A stretch of DNA of 64,000 nucleotides from Shigella phage SH-2. Every line of letters begins with the position of its first letter. The stretch's first letter is position 1. This document shows, piece after piece, positions 26,755 to 38,270 of the stretch. A model generated the notes under the pieces. That model saw only the letters and a program-made list of their open reading frames with translations. It was not told the DNA's origin and made no database searches. The stretch lies in sequence record PQ642267; one strand, written 5' to 3'. The translations under genes and the position numbers were made by a program.

Positions 26755-26830
26755 TGGTCGAGGCAGTAGGGATCGAACCTACGACCTAGGACTTAGAAGG
26801 TCCTTGCTCTTCCTTCTGAGCTATGCCCCG
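26755..26830 (-). tRNA. tRNA-Arg (anticodon TCT), CCA encoded
   Basis: Manual fold: acceptor CGGGGCA/TGCCTCG, D-arm GCTC/GAGC, anticodon loop CTTCTAA, T-arm GTAGG-TTCGATC-CCTAC, 76 nt. Confidence 0.8.
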
Positions 26831-26833
26831 TAA

Positions 26834-27499
26834 TTAAAATTTCATTTTTCGACCTTTAAACCATCCTTCTGGAATTGGGTCAGTTTTCTTAATACGTTTA
26901 GAAACTTTTTCATCTAATGAATGAATCCACATCATACCAAATTGGGAATTCTTTTCTCCTTTCTGATGATTATTTTTAGCGTGAATTTCTTTCATTTTAT
27001 TAATAGTTTCAGGAGTATGATGCTTATTTAAAAATCTGCTATTATTTAAAAATTTTTCCTTGTATTCAGGAGTTGACCACAAACGTTTAAATACATTTGA
27101 ACCAATTTTACGATATTTTTCTTGAAGTAAAATATCATTTTCAAAACGTGATTTAAACGATTTAGCTCCTTTTAAACTAGCATCTTTCTTCTGGTTTAGC
27201 ATCCCAGGAATATTTATATGGTCCCATCCACCTTCACCACCAAGTTTTAAATTATACACATCTGGTCTATTTAAAAACTCTTCTGTGACAATATTTTTCT
27301 CAGCTTCAAGCATAGATTCTTTATCATCAAAATACTCTAATATTTCTTTAGAAAAATTTTCTATACCATACTTGTCTTGGGCTCTTTTTAATAATTTACC
27401 AGAACCCATATATCCATCATCTAAATTTTCGGTAGAATGCACACCAATATAAATTTTATTATTAATTTTATTTGTTATTTTATAAAGATAAAAATGCAT
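26834..27499 (-). CDS. segB: GIY-YIG homing endonuclease (SegB-like)
   Basis: YLYKI...IYIGVHST...YMGSG motif; ATG at 27497-27499 gives 221 aa; alternative ATG at 27541. Confidence 0.7.
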   Translation of the reverse strand: MHFYLYKITNKINNKIYIGVHSTENLDDGYMGSGKLLKRAQDKYGIENFSKEILEYFDDKESMLEAEKNIVTEEFLNRPDVYNLKLGGEGGWDHINIPGMLNQKKDASLKGAKSFKSRFENDILLQEKYRKIGSNVFKRLWSTPEYKEKFLNNSRFLNKHHTPETINKMKEIHAKNNHQKGEKNSQFGMMWIHSLDEKVSKRIKKTDPIPEGWFKGRKMKF

Positions 27500-27545
27500 A
27501 TCAGTCCCTAATAAAGAACTGAGCGTCTCACGACGAGTCATAAAT

Positions 27546-27619
<74 letters not shown>

Positions 27620-27624
27620 AAATT

Positions 27625-27711
27625 TGGTGCGAGAAGTGGGACTCGAACCCACAAGGAAATCATTCCGCAGCATTTTAAGTGCTGTGCCTTTACCAATTTG
27701 ACCATTCTCGC
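27625..27711 (-). tRNA. tRNA-Leu (anticodon TAA), class II long variable arm, CCA encoded
   Basis: Acceptor GCGAGAA/TTCTCGC, anticodon loop CTTAAAA, T-arm GTGGG-TTCGAGT-CCCAC, 87 nt. Confidence 0.8.
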
Positions 27712-27717
27712 TCTATA

Positions 27718-28350
27718 TTATTTATTACGTGAAAAAGATTGTTCTATCAATTCTGGACACTTTCGTTCTATCCATTTTCTAGCTTTTTGTGGGCTTATAC
27801 CTATTATTTTAGCAGCTTTACTAACCCATCCAAATTTAGAATAATCGATTTTAACTAATTCTTCGTAAATTTCATCAGTTAAAATGTTTTCATTAATATT
27901 TACCAGTAAATGATATAATTTATTATCATTAGCAATTTTAATGAATCTTTTATAGTTTCCGCCTTTACTTAAACCTAATGAAGTAATTGCAGATGATATA
28001 GTAGCAGAATTTAATAATGCGTTTAAAATTTCTTCATCACTAACATTATAACGCTTTTTATTATTTTTAATATTTTTACCAGCAAAAGTATCAGTTTGCG
28101 AATGGCAATTTGGACATAATAATCTTAAATTTGATTTAAGATGATTTTTGTTATTTCCGTCAATATGGTCTAATTGCAGAACAATATGCTTATTTTGCCA
28201 TTTTGAAATTTTACAAATTGCACACTCATATGGAAAAATATTTTCTTTTATTATTTTATCTTTCAGCTTTCCTGTACTAAAATTTGGATGTTTTCCTTCA
28301 AAAATTTCAGCTAATTTAGTATCCATAATATAATTCCCAATTATTAACAA
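27718..28350 (-). CDS. HNH homing endonuclease (mob-like) with C-terminal helix-turn-helix
   Basis: CAICK...H-x-DHIDGNNKN...CPNCH (HNH zinc motif); abuts the 5' end of tRNA-Leu. Confidence 0.65.
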   Translation of the reverse strand: MLIIGNYIMDTKLAEIFEGKHPNFSTGKLKDKIIKENIFPYECAICKISKWQNKHIVLQLDHIDGNNKNHLKSNLRLLCPNCHSQTDTFAGKNIKNNKKRYNVSDEEILNALLNSATISSAITSLGLSKGGNYKRFIKIANDNKLYHLLVNINENILTDEIYEELVKIDYSKFGWVSKAAKIIGISPQKARKWIERKCPELIEQSFSRNK

Positions 28351-28436
28351 AGGCTCTCAGGAAAGAACCCTTGATGATAGAGGGTATTAATCAGTGCGAT
28401 ATGAGTTAATAATAACAAATAATTCTTAAAGCATAT

Positions 28437-28730
28437 TTACCATTTATGATAATACATATTTACGATGCATTCAAGACCCAAAGGATTCTTGAAAATATCA
28501 TATTCAAGAGGACCTTTTTCTGTTTCAATAAAGAAATCAAAGTTAACTGTGTTAAATTTACGGTCTTCCTTTACTAATTTAACCTGAGAAGATGAACGGT
28601 CAATGTAAACCTTTTCAACTTCAAAATATGTTAAAATGCCATAATCATCAATCAAGGATTTAGCTGCTTCTTGATCATATTTATATCCATTTTCAATGGA
28701 TGATACTTTCGCGTAAAGAATCATTATCAA
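28437..28730 (-). CDS. hypothetical protein (97 aa)
   Basis: ORF track only. Confidence 0.4.
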   Translation of the reverse strand: MIMILYAKVSSIENGYKYDQEAAKSLIDDYGILTYFEVEKVYIDRSSSQVKLVKEDRKFNTVNFDFFIETEKGPLEYDIFKNPLGLECIVNMYYHKW

Positions 28731-29149
28731 CCTTCATCAACAATAGTATGAGTATGGGCATTTACGATTTGCCACCAATCAAAGCGATTAGAACCATACA
28801 TCGGTTTGTTTTCATTTTCTTTGATAATATCACGGAGTTCATCTTCGGTAGCGGCTTTCGCGATTAAATCAGCATATCCACCGCGAGGATAATAATTATC
28901 ACCTGCAAAAAGTAAAAAGTTTGGTTTAATATTATTGAACTCTTCAAGAGTAATAACTTTTCCTGATGGTAGTTGAACAATCTCTACATATTTATATCCT
29001 AATTTTTGAGCAGCATCTACTGCTTCAAGCAAAGTATCATGAGCCCATCCAATTTGACAACCTGGCTTTTCAGATGGATTAGCCTGATAATCCGCATACA
29101 CTTTATACATTCTATTCACCTTTAGAAATTTTATCCATAACGATAGCAA
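28727..29149 (-). CDS. hypothetical protein (140 aa; start uncertain)
   Basis: ORF track; likely starts at an internal Met. Confidence 0.4.
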   Translation of the reverse strand: MLSLWIKFLKVNRMYKVYADYQANPSEKPGCQIGWAHDTLLEAVDAAQKLGYKYVEIVQLPSGKVITLEEFNNIKPNFLLFAGDNYYPRGGYADLIAKAATEDELRDIIKENENKPMYGSNRFDWWQIVNAHTHTIVDEG

Positions 29150-29297
29150 TTAAACCAATTAAAAATGCTACTACAAGTGAAAACACATTTTCTGCTGTAG
29201 TTAATAATCCACATATAAATCCAACAAACATTGAAAAACTAAAAGCAGAAGCAGAAATTGCAATAGCAACATTTCGAATTAATTCACAACGTTTCAT
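29112..29297 (-). CDS. small hydrophobic membrane protein (61 aa)
   Basis: ATG with AGGAGA SD downstream of early promoter; two TM-like segments. Confidence 0.4.
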   Translation of the reverse strand: MKRCELIRNVAIAISASAFSFSMFVGFICGLLTTAENVFSLVVAFLIGLIAIVMDKISKGE

Positions 29298-29323
29298 TTT
29301 ATTCTCCTCAGTAGTTGATAGGG

Positions 29324-29355
29324 TAATAGTATCACAACTAAAACCCTATGTAAAC
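29324..29355 (-). promoter_or_regulatory. T4-type early promoter
   Basis: Minus strand GTTTAC (29350-29355) ... TACTATTA. Confidence 0.45.
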
Positions 29356-29373
29356 AACTTTGTGAAATATTTA

Positions 29374-29661
29374 TTACAAAAGATTTTTAGCAATAATCTT
29401 GAGATGTGCCACAGAAATGTGTTTAGCTTTAAACAACGCAGTTTCTTCAGCAGGAGAGATAATGATTGTAGCACCATCCTTTTTAGCAGACCACCCATCA
29501 CCTAGGTAAACAGTACCTTTGATTTCTTCGCCATCAACCAAACTAATCATTGGTTTACCTTCTCGTCCTTTATTTGCTTTAATAACTTCAGAAGTAAGAG
29601 TAGCTTCAGTAATAGTAGAAACCGGGGTAGTTTTTGTAGTAAACTCTTTGAAAGTTTTCAT
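29374..29661 (-). CDS. ipI: internal head protein I (IPI-like; leader MKTFKEF...ITE/A)
   Basis: 95 aa with capsid-targeting leader, located before 57B as in T4. Confidence 0.7.
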   Translation of the reverse strand: MKTFKEFTTKTTPVSTITEATLTSEVIKANKGREGKPMISLVDGEEIKGTVYLGDGWSAKKDGATIIISPAEETALFKAKHISVAHLKIIAKNLL

Positions 29662-29689
29662 TTTATTTTCCTAATTAATTTTGATGAGA

Positions 29690-29721
29690 TAATAGTATCA
29701 CTACCTCATCAACGTGTAAAC
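29690..29721 (-). promoter_or_regulatory. T4-type early promoter upstream of ipI
   Basis: Minus strand GTTTAC (29716-29721) ... TACTATTA. Confidence 0.45.
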
Positions 29722-29733
29722 AACTTTGTGAAA

Positions 29734-30430
<697 letters not shown>

Positions 30431-30431
<1 letters not shown>

Positions 30432-31144
30432 TATAGTACCTTTAGTGTATTTTTAATTTTAGAAAAAAGTTCTTCAAGAGAACCATCGTTTGTAATTACT
30501 AAATCGCCATCACGAATTGGCAATCCAGCTTCTGTAATATGAGTATCATTGGATTTTTGACCAGGACGAACTACATGAATTACTGTAGCACCCATCGCCC
30601 TAGCCGCATCCATTTCATGATCTTGACGAGTATCAGGAACGATATAATAATCATAACCTGAGTTAAATTTATCAAGATAATCTAAAGCAAATAATTTTAC
30701 CCAATACATGCGGTCGAAGTTATTAACAATCAAATCCGTACCTAGGGCTTGCATCAGACGACGGACTGACCATTGATCTTCAATATTATTTATAACGTCA
30801 GCAATCTTGTTAAATGCTACGAAATTAACTGCGTCATCAAAAACAAACACACCTTTAATTGGGCTTTTACTATTAAGATAGCAAAATGCTTGTTCCATAA
30901 TCGTAATTACTTCTAATTTAGTCAGATTTAAATTAGTTTCACGATCATAGTCAATTCCTTCAAACTCTTTACGAGTTAAACAAGGATAGCCAGTGTTTGC
31001 TGCAAATACACCCCATGCATAAGCCAATGCATCCTTAATAGGACCAGCAAGTTGATATTTAACTGCAGAATAATTATTCATAATAAAATCTGCAGTAGTA
31101 TCTTTTCCACTACGCTTTACACCACTTAAAAAGATTAGTTTCAT
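30431..31144 (-). CDS. 1: deoxynucleoside monophosphate kinase
   Basis: P-loop LSGVKRSGKDT at N-terminus; 237 aa; T4 gene 1 position. Confidence 0.85.
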
Positions 31145-31193
31145 ATGTTTCTCCTCAAATTTAGTTAAGATTATAACACATGAAACTGAAGCA

Positions 31194-31724
31194 TTAAACT
31201 TCTGCTATAATTTTTCCATCTTTTTCTACTTGAAAATACGTATAAGGAATCGTTGCTGTGCATACTAAGGCTGGGTCTGAATCTTCTGTGTAGCTAAATT
31301 CTACTTCAGACAGGTCAGAAACCCAGGGCTTATAAAAATTTATTGACATCACGATTTCAGTTTTACTATTATCTAAAATGTAAAGCGTAATGTATTCAGG
31401 ACCTGTTTTTTGGGCAGTATTTTCGCCTGTAAGATAGTTACTAGTTCCTAGCATCCATTCATACATTCCTATCCATGACTTAAGCTCTTCATCAACTATA
31501 AATCTCACGATGAGTGGGTCGTACTCAAATGTAACACCTGGACGTTGTGCTCGGCCTAGTCCAAACGGCCCAGTCACGGTATCAGTAACAGGTATCCTAA
31601 TTCCCGGAATAGGAACTGACTGAGCATTTAAAGTAAAAGCAGATGTAGTATTACTATGCGGTATTGATACTACAAAGTTAGTTGTATTTGCTTGGTTAAA
31701 AATTTGTTGTAGTGCTTGCGACAT
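31194..31724 (-). CDS. 3: gp3 tail completion / tube terminator protein
   Basis: Track start 31805 is TTG; ATG at 31722-31724 gives 176 aa starting MSQALQQIFNQ as in T4 gp3. Confidence 0.8.
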   Translation of the reverse strand: MSQALQQIFNQANTTNFVVSIPHSNTTSAFTLNAQSVPIPGIRIPVTDTVTGPFGLGRAQRPGVTFEYDPLIVRFIVDEELKSWIGMYEWMLGTSNYLTGENTAQKTGPEYITLYILDNSKTEIVMSINFYKPWVSDLSEVEFSYTEDSDPALVCTATIPYTYFQVEKDGKIIAEV

Positions 31725-31830
31725 ATATTCCTCATAATGCTTCATAAATGTTGGTGGTATAATGGGTCTAAGTCCCTTCCATTCAATTCCAATTAGAACA
31801 AACAATAGAAAAGAATGGAAGATAATAGAA

Positions 31831-32655
31831 TTAGATATTTGACCAGACTTTGTTTGCAGAGAAACGTTTTCCTTTTGAAACGAACTGCTGAAGTGGCATT
31901 AACACAACGTTCGCCCAGTCTTTCGGGGCGATTTCAACAAGGCTACCCATAATATTACCAGGTATATATGCCTTAATCATTTGGTCTGCACCCCTAAATC
32001 CTTTCACTTGACTCCAATCAATTTTTAATTTCGTTTTATTAGTAATAGTAGGTGTATTTGAATATTGCTTTAAAAGCTCTTCTAGAAATTGCTGACGAGC
32101 TTTAGGTGGAATATAGTGCAAGTTCAATCCGTACATTAAATTATGTTTACCTAAACCGAGGTAAATTATCAAAGGAAATTTATCCCAGTAAGGAAGAGTT
32201 TCTTTGTGTTTAGCATCGTAAGCAAAAGCATATATTCGTCCCGGCTGCGGGCGAACAACTTTATGTCCTTTTACCTGCTTAATAGTTTCAGCAAACCACT
32301 TTCTGGTTTTATTATTAATTGCTGCACCTTCATTACGAATTTTATCACGCAATGTTTGCCTGAATGAATTTATCATAAGCAGTTGTCTTTCTTGCTTATT
32401 GAGTTTATTCATTGGTTTTGATTCAAGCTTTTGAATCTTTTCAGCCGTTTTAATTCCTGAAGCATATTTTGACATTGCCGAAGTAAACGTAGAGTATTTA
32501 ATTCCTCTTTCTTCAGCAAATTGCTTTCCTGTCATTCCTTTTGCTTTGGCCTTTCTGTATTCAAGACCTATCTGAATCCATTTCTTTTCGTTTAATGATT
32601 GCTTAACCTTTGGAACTTGGGGAGTGCTTTCATTAATTATTTGAAAAATAGCCAT
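31831..32655 (-). CDS. 2: gp2 DNA end-protector protein
   Basis: 274 aa, T4 gp2 length and position. Confidence 0.8.
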   Translation of the reverse strand: MAIFQIINESTPQVPKVKQSLNEKKWIQIGLEYRKAKAKGMTGKQFAEERGIKYSTFTSAMSKYASGIKTAEKIQKLESKPMNKLNKQERQLLMINSFRQTLRDKIRNEGAAINNKTRKWFAETIKQVKGHKVVRPQPGRIYAFAYDAKHKETLPYWDKFPLIIYLGLGKHNLMYGLNLHYIPPKARQQFLEELLKQYSNTPTITNKTKLKIDWSQVKGFRGADQMIKAYIPGNIMGSLVEIAPKDWANVVLMPLQQFVSKGKRFSANKVWSNI

Positions 32656-33107
32656 TATGCCCCCTTAAAGCCAAGAGCTCTTAATCCATCTTCTGTTAGA
32701 ATTCTAAATTTTATTCCACGCTTTTCAGCTAAAGCTTGTGCTGCTTTCCATTTGTCGGTATTAACGGAATATGTATAAATTTCATTCATAAATCTTTTCT
32801 TCGCTGCAGTTGTTAGATGTGCTGGTTTAACTGGTGGTTGTGTTTCTTTTTTAGGTTTTATTTCAATAAAAAATTCTTGCCCAGAAGAATCTTTCATCCA
32901 AATATCCATGAAGTATCTACGTTTTTTCCCTTCTGCATTACAAAAATAAGGAATTACTGCTGTTTCACTACCCCATGCAATAATTTCTGGATTTTTATCT
33001 AACCATTCAAAAAAGAATTTTTCCCAATTTGATCTATACGTAATTTTTTTAGGGTCACCTCTATATTTTGATATATTTTTAGGAACCCATTTTCCAGAAT
33101 ATGCCAT
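32655..33107 (-). CDS. 4: gp4 head completion protein
   Basis: 150 aa, T4 gp4 length and position; divergent from gene 53. Confidence 0.8.
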   Translation of the reverse strand: MAYSGKWVPKNISKYRGDPKKITYRSNWEKFFFEWLDKNPEIIAWGSETAVIPYFCNAEGKKRRYFMDIWMKDSSGQEFFIEIKPKKETQPPVKPAHLTTAAKKRFMNEIYTYSVNTDKWKAAQALAEKRGIKFRILTEDGLRALGFKGA

Positions 33108-33154
33108 TGGATTCTCCTTATAAATAGATAATATATTTATAAACAGGAGGGCCC

Positions 33155-33745
33155 ATGCTCTTTACATTTTTTGATCCGATTGAATATGCGGCCAAAACGG
33201 TGAATAAAAACGCGCCGACTATTCCTATGACAGATATTTTTAGAAACTATAAAGACTATTTCAAACGTGCTCTTGCGGGATACCGTTTACGCACTTATTA
33301 TATTAAAGGTTCACCACGCCCGGAAGAATTAGCAAATGCTATATATGGAAATCCGCAGTTGTATTGGGTTTTATTGATGTGTAATGATAATTATGATCCG
33401 TATTATGGATGGATTACTTCGCAAGAAGCTGCTTATCAAGCATCTATACAAAAATACAAAAACGTAGGTGGAGACCAAATAGTATATCATGTGAATGAAA
33501 ACGGTGAAAAATTTTATAATTTAATATCATATGATGATAATCCATATGTTTGGTATGACAAAGGCGATAAAGCTAGAAAATATCCTCAATATGAAGGAGC
33601 ACTTGCTGCGGTAGATACGTATGAAGCTGCTGTTCTTGAAAATGAAAAACTTCGTCAAATAAAAATAATAGCAAAATCAGACATCAATTCATTTATGAAC
33701 GACCTTATACGTATAATGGAGAAATCTTATGGAAATGATAAGTAA
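33155..33745 (+). CDS. 53: gp53 baseplate wedge protein
   Basis: 196 aa; AGGAGG SD; precedes gene 5 as in T4. Confidence 0.85.
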   Translation: MLFTFFDPIEYAAKTVNKNAPTIPMTDIFRNYKDYFKRALAGYRLRTYYIKGSPRPEELANAIYGNPQLYWVLLMCNDNYDPYYGWITSQEAAYQASIQKYKNVGGDQIVYHVNENGEKFYNLISYDDNPYVWYDKGDKARKYPQYEGALAAVDTYEAAVLENEKLRQIKIIAKSDINSFMNDLIRIMEKSYGNDK

Positions 33746-35456
33746 TAACCTTAATTGGTTTGTTGGTGTTGTTGAAGATAGAATGGACCCATTAAAATTA
33801 GGTCGTGTTCGTGTTCGTGTAGTTGGTCTGCATCCACCTCAAAGAGCACAAGGCGACGTAATGGGTATTCCAACTGATAAATTACCATGGATGTCAGTTA
33901 TTCAACCTATAACTTCTGCAGCAATGTCTGGAATTGGAGGCTCCGTTACTGGTCCGGTAGAAGGAACTAGAGTTTATGGTCATTTTTTAGACAAATGGAA
34001 AACTAACGGAATTGTCCTTGGCACGTATGGTGGAATAGTTCGCGAAAAGCCTAATAGACTTGAAGGATTTTCTGACCCGACTGGACAGTATCCTAGACGT
34101 CTAGGAAATGATACTAACGTATTAAACCAAGGCGGAGAAGTAGGATATGATTCGTCTTCTAATATTATCCAAGATAGTAATTTAGACACTGCGATAAATC
34201 CCGATGATAGACCACTATCAGAGATTCCAACTGATGATAATCCAAATATGTCAATGGCTGAAATGCTTCGCCGCGATGAAGGATTAAGACTAAAAGTTTA
34301 TTGGGATACCGAAGGATATCCGACAATTGGCATTGGTCATCTTATCATGAAGCAGCCAGTTCGTGATATGGCCCAAATTAATAAAGTTTTATCAAAACAA
34401 GTTGGTCGTGAAATTACCGGAAATCCAGGTTCTATTACAATGGAAGAAGCGGTAACTTTATTTGAACGTGATTTAGCTGATATGCAACGTGACATTAAAT
34501 CACATTCTAAAGTTGGCCCAGTTTGGCAGGCAGTTAATCGTTCTCGTCAAATGGCGTTAGAAAATATGGCATTTCAGATGGGCGTTGGCGGTGTAGCTAA
34601 ATTTAACACAATGTTAACTGCTATGTTAGCCGGAGATTGGGAAAAAGCATATAAAGCTGGTCGTGATTCATTGTGGTATCAACAAACAAAAGGCCGTGCA
34701 TCCCGTGTTACCATGATTATTCTTACCGGTAATTTGGAATCATACGGTATTGAAGTGAAAACACCGGCTAGGTCTTTGTCAGCAATGGCTGCTGCTGTAG
34801 CAAAGTCTTCTGATCCAGCTGACCCTCCTATTCCGAATGATTCGAGAATTTTATTTAAAGAACCTGTTTCTTCATATAAAGGTGAATATCCGTATGTTCA
34901 CACAATGGAAACTGAAAGCGGTCATATTCAGGAATTTGACGATACCCCGGGACAAGAACGATACAGATTAGTTCATCCGACTGGAACATATGAGGAAGTA
35001 TCACCGTCAGGAAGAAGAACAAGAAAAACTGTTGATAATTTGTATGATATAACAAATGCTGATGGTAATTTTTTGGTAGCTGGCGATAAAAAGACTAACG
35101 TCGGTGGATCAGAAATTTATTACAACATGGATAATCGTCTCCACCAAATAGATGGAAGCAATACAATATTTGTACGTGGCGATGAAACTAAGACAGTTGA
35201 AGGTAATGGAACTATCCTAGTCAAAGGTAATGTTACTATTGTAGTCGAAGGTAATGCTGACATTACAGTTAAAGGAGATGCTACCACTTTAGTTGAAGGA
35301 AATCAGACTAATACAGTAAATGGAAATCTTTCTTGGAAAGTTGCTGGGACGGTTGATTGGGACGTTGGTGGTGATTGGACAGAAAAAATGGCATCTATGA
35401 GTTCTATTTCATCTGGTCAATACACAATTGATGGATCGAGGATTGACATTGGCTAA
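33729..35456 (+). CDS. 5: gp5 baseplate hub / cell-puncturing protein with lysozyme domain
   Basis: 575 aa; internal lysozyme domain MAEMLRRDEGLRLKVYWDTEGYPTIGIGH paralogous to gene e; C-terminal VxGxxxxx beta-helix repeats. Confidence 0.95.
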   Translation: MEMISNNLNWFVGVVEDRMDPLKLGRVRVRVVGLHPPQRAQGDVMGIPTDKLPWMSVIQPITSAAMSGIGGSVTGPVEGTRVYGHFLDKWKTNGIVLGTYGGIVREKPNRLEGFSDPTGQYPRRLGNDTNVLNQGGEVGYDSSSNIIQDSNLDTAINPDDRPLSEIPTDDNPNMSMAEMLRRDEGLRLKVYWDTEGYPTIGIGHLIMKQPVRDMAQINKVLSKQVGREITGNPGSITMEEAVTLFERDLADMQRDIKSHSKVGPVWQAVNRSRQMALENMAFQMGVGGVAKFNTMLTAMLAGDWEKAYKAGRDSLWYQQTKGRASRVTMIILTGNLESYGIEVKTPARSLSAMAAAVAKSSDPADPPIPNDSRILFKEPVSSYKGEYPYVHTMETESGHIQEFDDTPGQERYRLVHPTGTYEEVSPSGRRTRKTVDNLYDITNADGNFLVAGDKKTNVGGSEIYYNMDNRLHQIDGSNTIFVRGDETKTVEGNGTILVKGNVTIVVEGNADITVKGDATTLVEGNQTNTVNGNLSWKVAGTVDWDVGGDWTEKMASMSSISSGQYTIDGSRIDIG

Positions 35457-35490
35457 TATACTTCCAATGAGCGCTGATTTAGGAGAATCC

Positions 35491-35985
35491 ATGGAAGGTT
35501 CTTCTATCGACGTCACCTTTACCGCTCAATTAGAAACAGGTGAAACGTTAGTATCTATAAATATAACTAGTTACGAAGAAACTCCTGGGGTTTTAGTAGA
35601 AGAAAATCGTTTATATGGAACGTATGAATCTGTATTTGGATTTGGAAATGATGCGTTGAAATATCGTTTAGATAATGAATTTAAAACCGCTGCTTCATGG
35701 GAAGACCTTCCAACTGATTCTAATACTCAGTTATATTTATGGAAAGCTCCTCAAAACCTCCAGAAGACATTCACTTACGAAGTAACATTAATATATGACT
35801 ACCAAGAACAAAGTGAATCTGGAGGTTCTGGCAGTAATTCTAGGTCATCTTCTGATACTACTGAACCAACGAATCCTCCAGCTCCAATAAGAAAAACTCT
35901 TGTTAAAAATTATACAAAAACTATAGTTGGAAATTGGAGTCGTTGGGCTAATAAATTGAGAAGCTACGTGTATGAGAGGCCATAA
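35491..35985 (+). CDS. 5.1: gp5.1-like protein (start alternatives 35428/35467)
   Basis: ORF between 5 and 5.4; ATG at 35491 has AGGAG SD. Confidence 0.55.
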
Positions 35986-36279
35986 ATGTCAGGATTAAGT
36001 TATGATAAGTGTGTTACTGCCGGCCATGAAGCATGGCCTCCAACAGTTGTGAATGCTACACAAAGTAAAGTATTCACTGGAGGAATTGCTGTTCTCGTAG
36101 CAGGTGATCCAATTACAGAACATACAGAAATTAAAAAGCCATATGAAACACATGGCGGAGTGACACAACCTAGAACTTCTAAGGTATATGTCACTGGAAA
36201 GAAAGCTGTTCAAATGGCTGATCCAATATCATGCGGTGATACTGTGGCTCAGGCATCATCTAAAGTATTCATTAAATAG
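35986..36279 (+). CDS. 5.4: gp5.4 PAAR-repeat spike-tip protein
   Basis: 97 aa, T4 gp5.4 size and position. Confidence 0.8.
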
Positions 36280-36287
36280 GATTTAAA

Positions 36288-38270
36288 ATGGCAAATACCC
36301 CTGTAAATTATCAATTAACAAGAACAGCAAATGCTATTCCCGAGATATTCGTCGGGGGTACATTTGCTGAAATAAAACAAAACCTCATTGAATGGCTTAA
36401 TGGCCAAAATGAATTTTTGGATTATGATTTTGAAGGCTCAAGATTAAACGTTCTGTGCGACCTTTTGGCTTATAATACATTATACATTCAGCAGTTTGGT
36501 AATGCTGCCGTGTATGAAAGCTTTATGCGTACTGCTAACTTACGTAGTTCAGTAGTTCAAGCTGCACAAGATAATGGATATTTACCTACTTCAAAAGCAG
36601 CTGCTCAAACTGAAATTATGCTAACTTGTACAGATGCATTGAATAGAAATTACATTACTATTCCTCGTGGTACTCGCTTTTTAGCATATGCAAAGGATAC
36701 TTCCGTTAATCCTTATAACTTTGTATCTACCGAAGATGTTATTGCTATTCGCGATAAAAATAACCAATATTTTCCGCGTTTAAAATTAGCCCAGGGACGT
36801 ATAGTAAGAACTGAAATCATTTATGATAAATTAACACCTATTATCATTTATGACAAAAATATAGATAGAAACCAAGTTAAACTGTACGTTGATGGAGCAG
36901 AATGGATTAACTGGACAAGAAAGTCAATGGTTCATGCTGGTTCTACATCAACAATTTACTACATGCGTGAAACTATTGATGGAAATACTGAGTTTTATTT
37001 TGGTGAAGGCGAGATTTCTGTTAATGCGGCAGAAGGAGCATTGACTGCTAATTATATTGGAGGTCTTAAACCTACCCAGAACTCTACGATTGTTATTGAG
37101 TACATCAGTACTAACGGTGCAGATGCGAATGGCGCAGTCGGATTTTCATACGCAGATACATTAACAAATATAACTGTCATCAACATTAATGAAAATCCAA
37201 ACGATGACCCAGATTTTGTTGGGGCAGATGGCGGCGGTGATCCAGAAGATATTGAACGTATTCGCGAATTGGGTACTATTAAACGCGAAACCCAGCAACG
37301 CTGCGTAACTGCGACTGACTATGATACATTCGTTTCAGAGAGATTTGGTTCTATTATTCAAGCAGTTCAGACTTTCACTGATTCTACTAAACCTGGTTAT
37401 GCATTTATTGCTGCTAAACCTAAATCAGGGCTGTATTTAACTACTGTACAGCGCGAAGATATTAAAAATTATCTCAAAGACTATAATTTAGCTCCTATTA
37501 CGCCATCAATTATTTCTCCTAATTATCTTTTTATTAAGACTAATTTAAAAGTCACATATGCTTTAAATAAGCTGCAAGAATCCGAACAGTGGCTCGAAGG
37601 TCAAATAATTGATAAAATTGATCGTTATTATACCGAAGATGTAGAAATTTTTAACTCATCTTTCGCTAAATCTAAGATGTTGACATATGTAGATGATGCA
37701 GATCATTCTATCATTGGCTCATCAGCGACAATTCAAATTGTTCGTGAAGTACAAAACTTCTATAAAACGCCTGAAGCAGGTATTAAATACAATAATCAAA
37801 TAAAAGATCGTTCTATGGAATCTAATACGTTTTCATTTAATTCCGGACGAAAGGTTGTAAATCCTGATACTGGTTTAGAAGAAGATGTATTATATGACGT
37901 TCGCATAGTATCAACAGACCGAGATTCTAAAGGAATTGGTAAAGTTATTATTGGTCCATTTGCTTCTGGCGATGTTACAGAAAATGAAAACATTCAGCCG
38001 TATACAGGCAACGATTTTAACAAATTAGCAAATTCTGATGGACGCGACAAATACTATGTTATCGGTGAAATAAATTATCCAGCTGATGTGATTTATTGGA
38101 ATATCGCTAAAATTAATTTAACATCTGAAAAATTTGAAGTTCAGACTATTGAATTATATTCTGACCCAACCGATGATGTTATCTTTACTCGCGATGGTTC
38201 ACTGATTGTATTTGAAAATGACTTACGTCCACAATACTTAACTATCGATTTGGAGCCTATATCACAATGA
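36288..38270 (+). CDS. 6: gp6 baseplate wedge protein
   Basis: 660 aa, T4 length and order. Confidence 0.9.
   Translation: MANTPVNYQLTRTANAIPEIFVGGTFAEIKQNLIEWLNGQNEFLDYDFEGSRLNVLCDLLAYNTLYIQQFGNAAVYESFMRTANLRSSVVQAAQDNGYLPTSKAAAQTEIMLTCTDALNRNYITIPRGTRFLAYAKDTSVNPYNFVSTEDVIAIRDKNNQYFPRLKLAQGRIVRTEIIYDKLTPIIIYDKNIDRNQVKLYVDGAEWINWTRKSMVHAGSTSTIYYMRETIDGNTEFYFGEGEISVNAAEGALTANYIGGLKPTQNSTIVIEYISTNGADANGAVGFSYADTLTNITVININENPNDDPDFVGADGGGDPEDIERIRELGTIKRETQQRCVTATDYDTFVSERFGSIIQAVQTFTDSTKPGYAFIAAKPKSGLYLTTVQREDIKNYLKDYNLAPITPSIISPNYLFIKTNLKVTYALNKLQESEQWLEGQIIDKIDRYYTEDVEIFNSSFAKSKMLTYVDDADHSIIGSSATIQIVREVQNFYKTPEAGIKYNNQIKDRSMESNTFSFNSGRKVVNPDTGLEEDVLYDVRIVSTDRDSKGIGKVIIGPFASGDVTENENIQPYTGNDFNKLANSDGRDKYYVIGEINYPADVIYWNIAKINLTSEKFEVQTIELYSDPTDDVIFTRDGSLIVFENDLRPQYLTIDLEPISQ

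Noticed and set aside
26834-27541. Longer SegB-like ORF starting at ATG 27541
   Set aside because: No SD before 27541 and the GIY motif would sit unusually far from the N-terminus; ATG 27499 has an SD-like AGGGA and gives the typical 221-aa protein. Not excluded.
33121-33154. Possible late promoter upstream of gene 53 (TATTTATAAACA)
   Set aside because: Not an exact TATAAATA; left unannotated.
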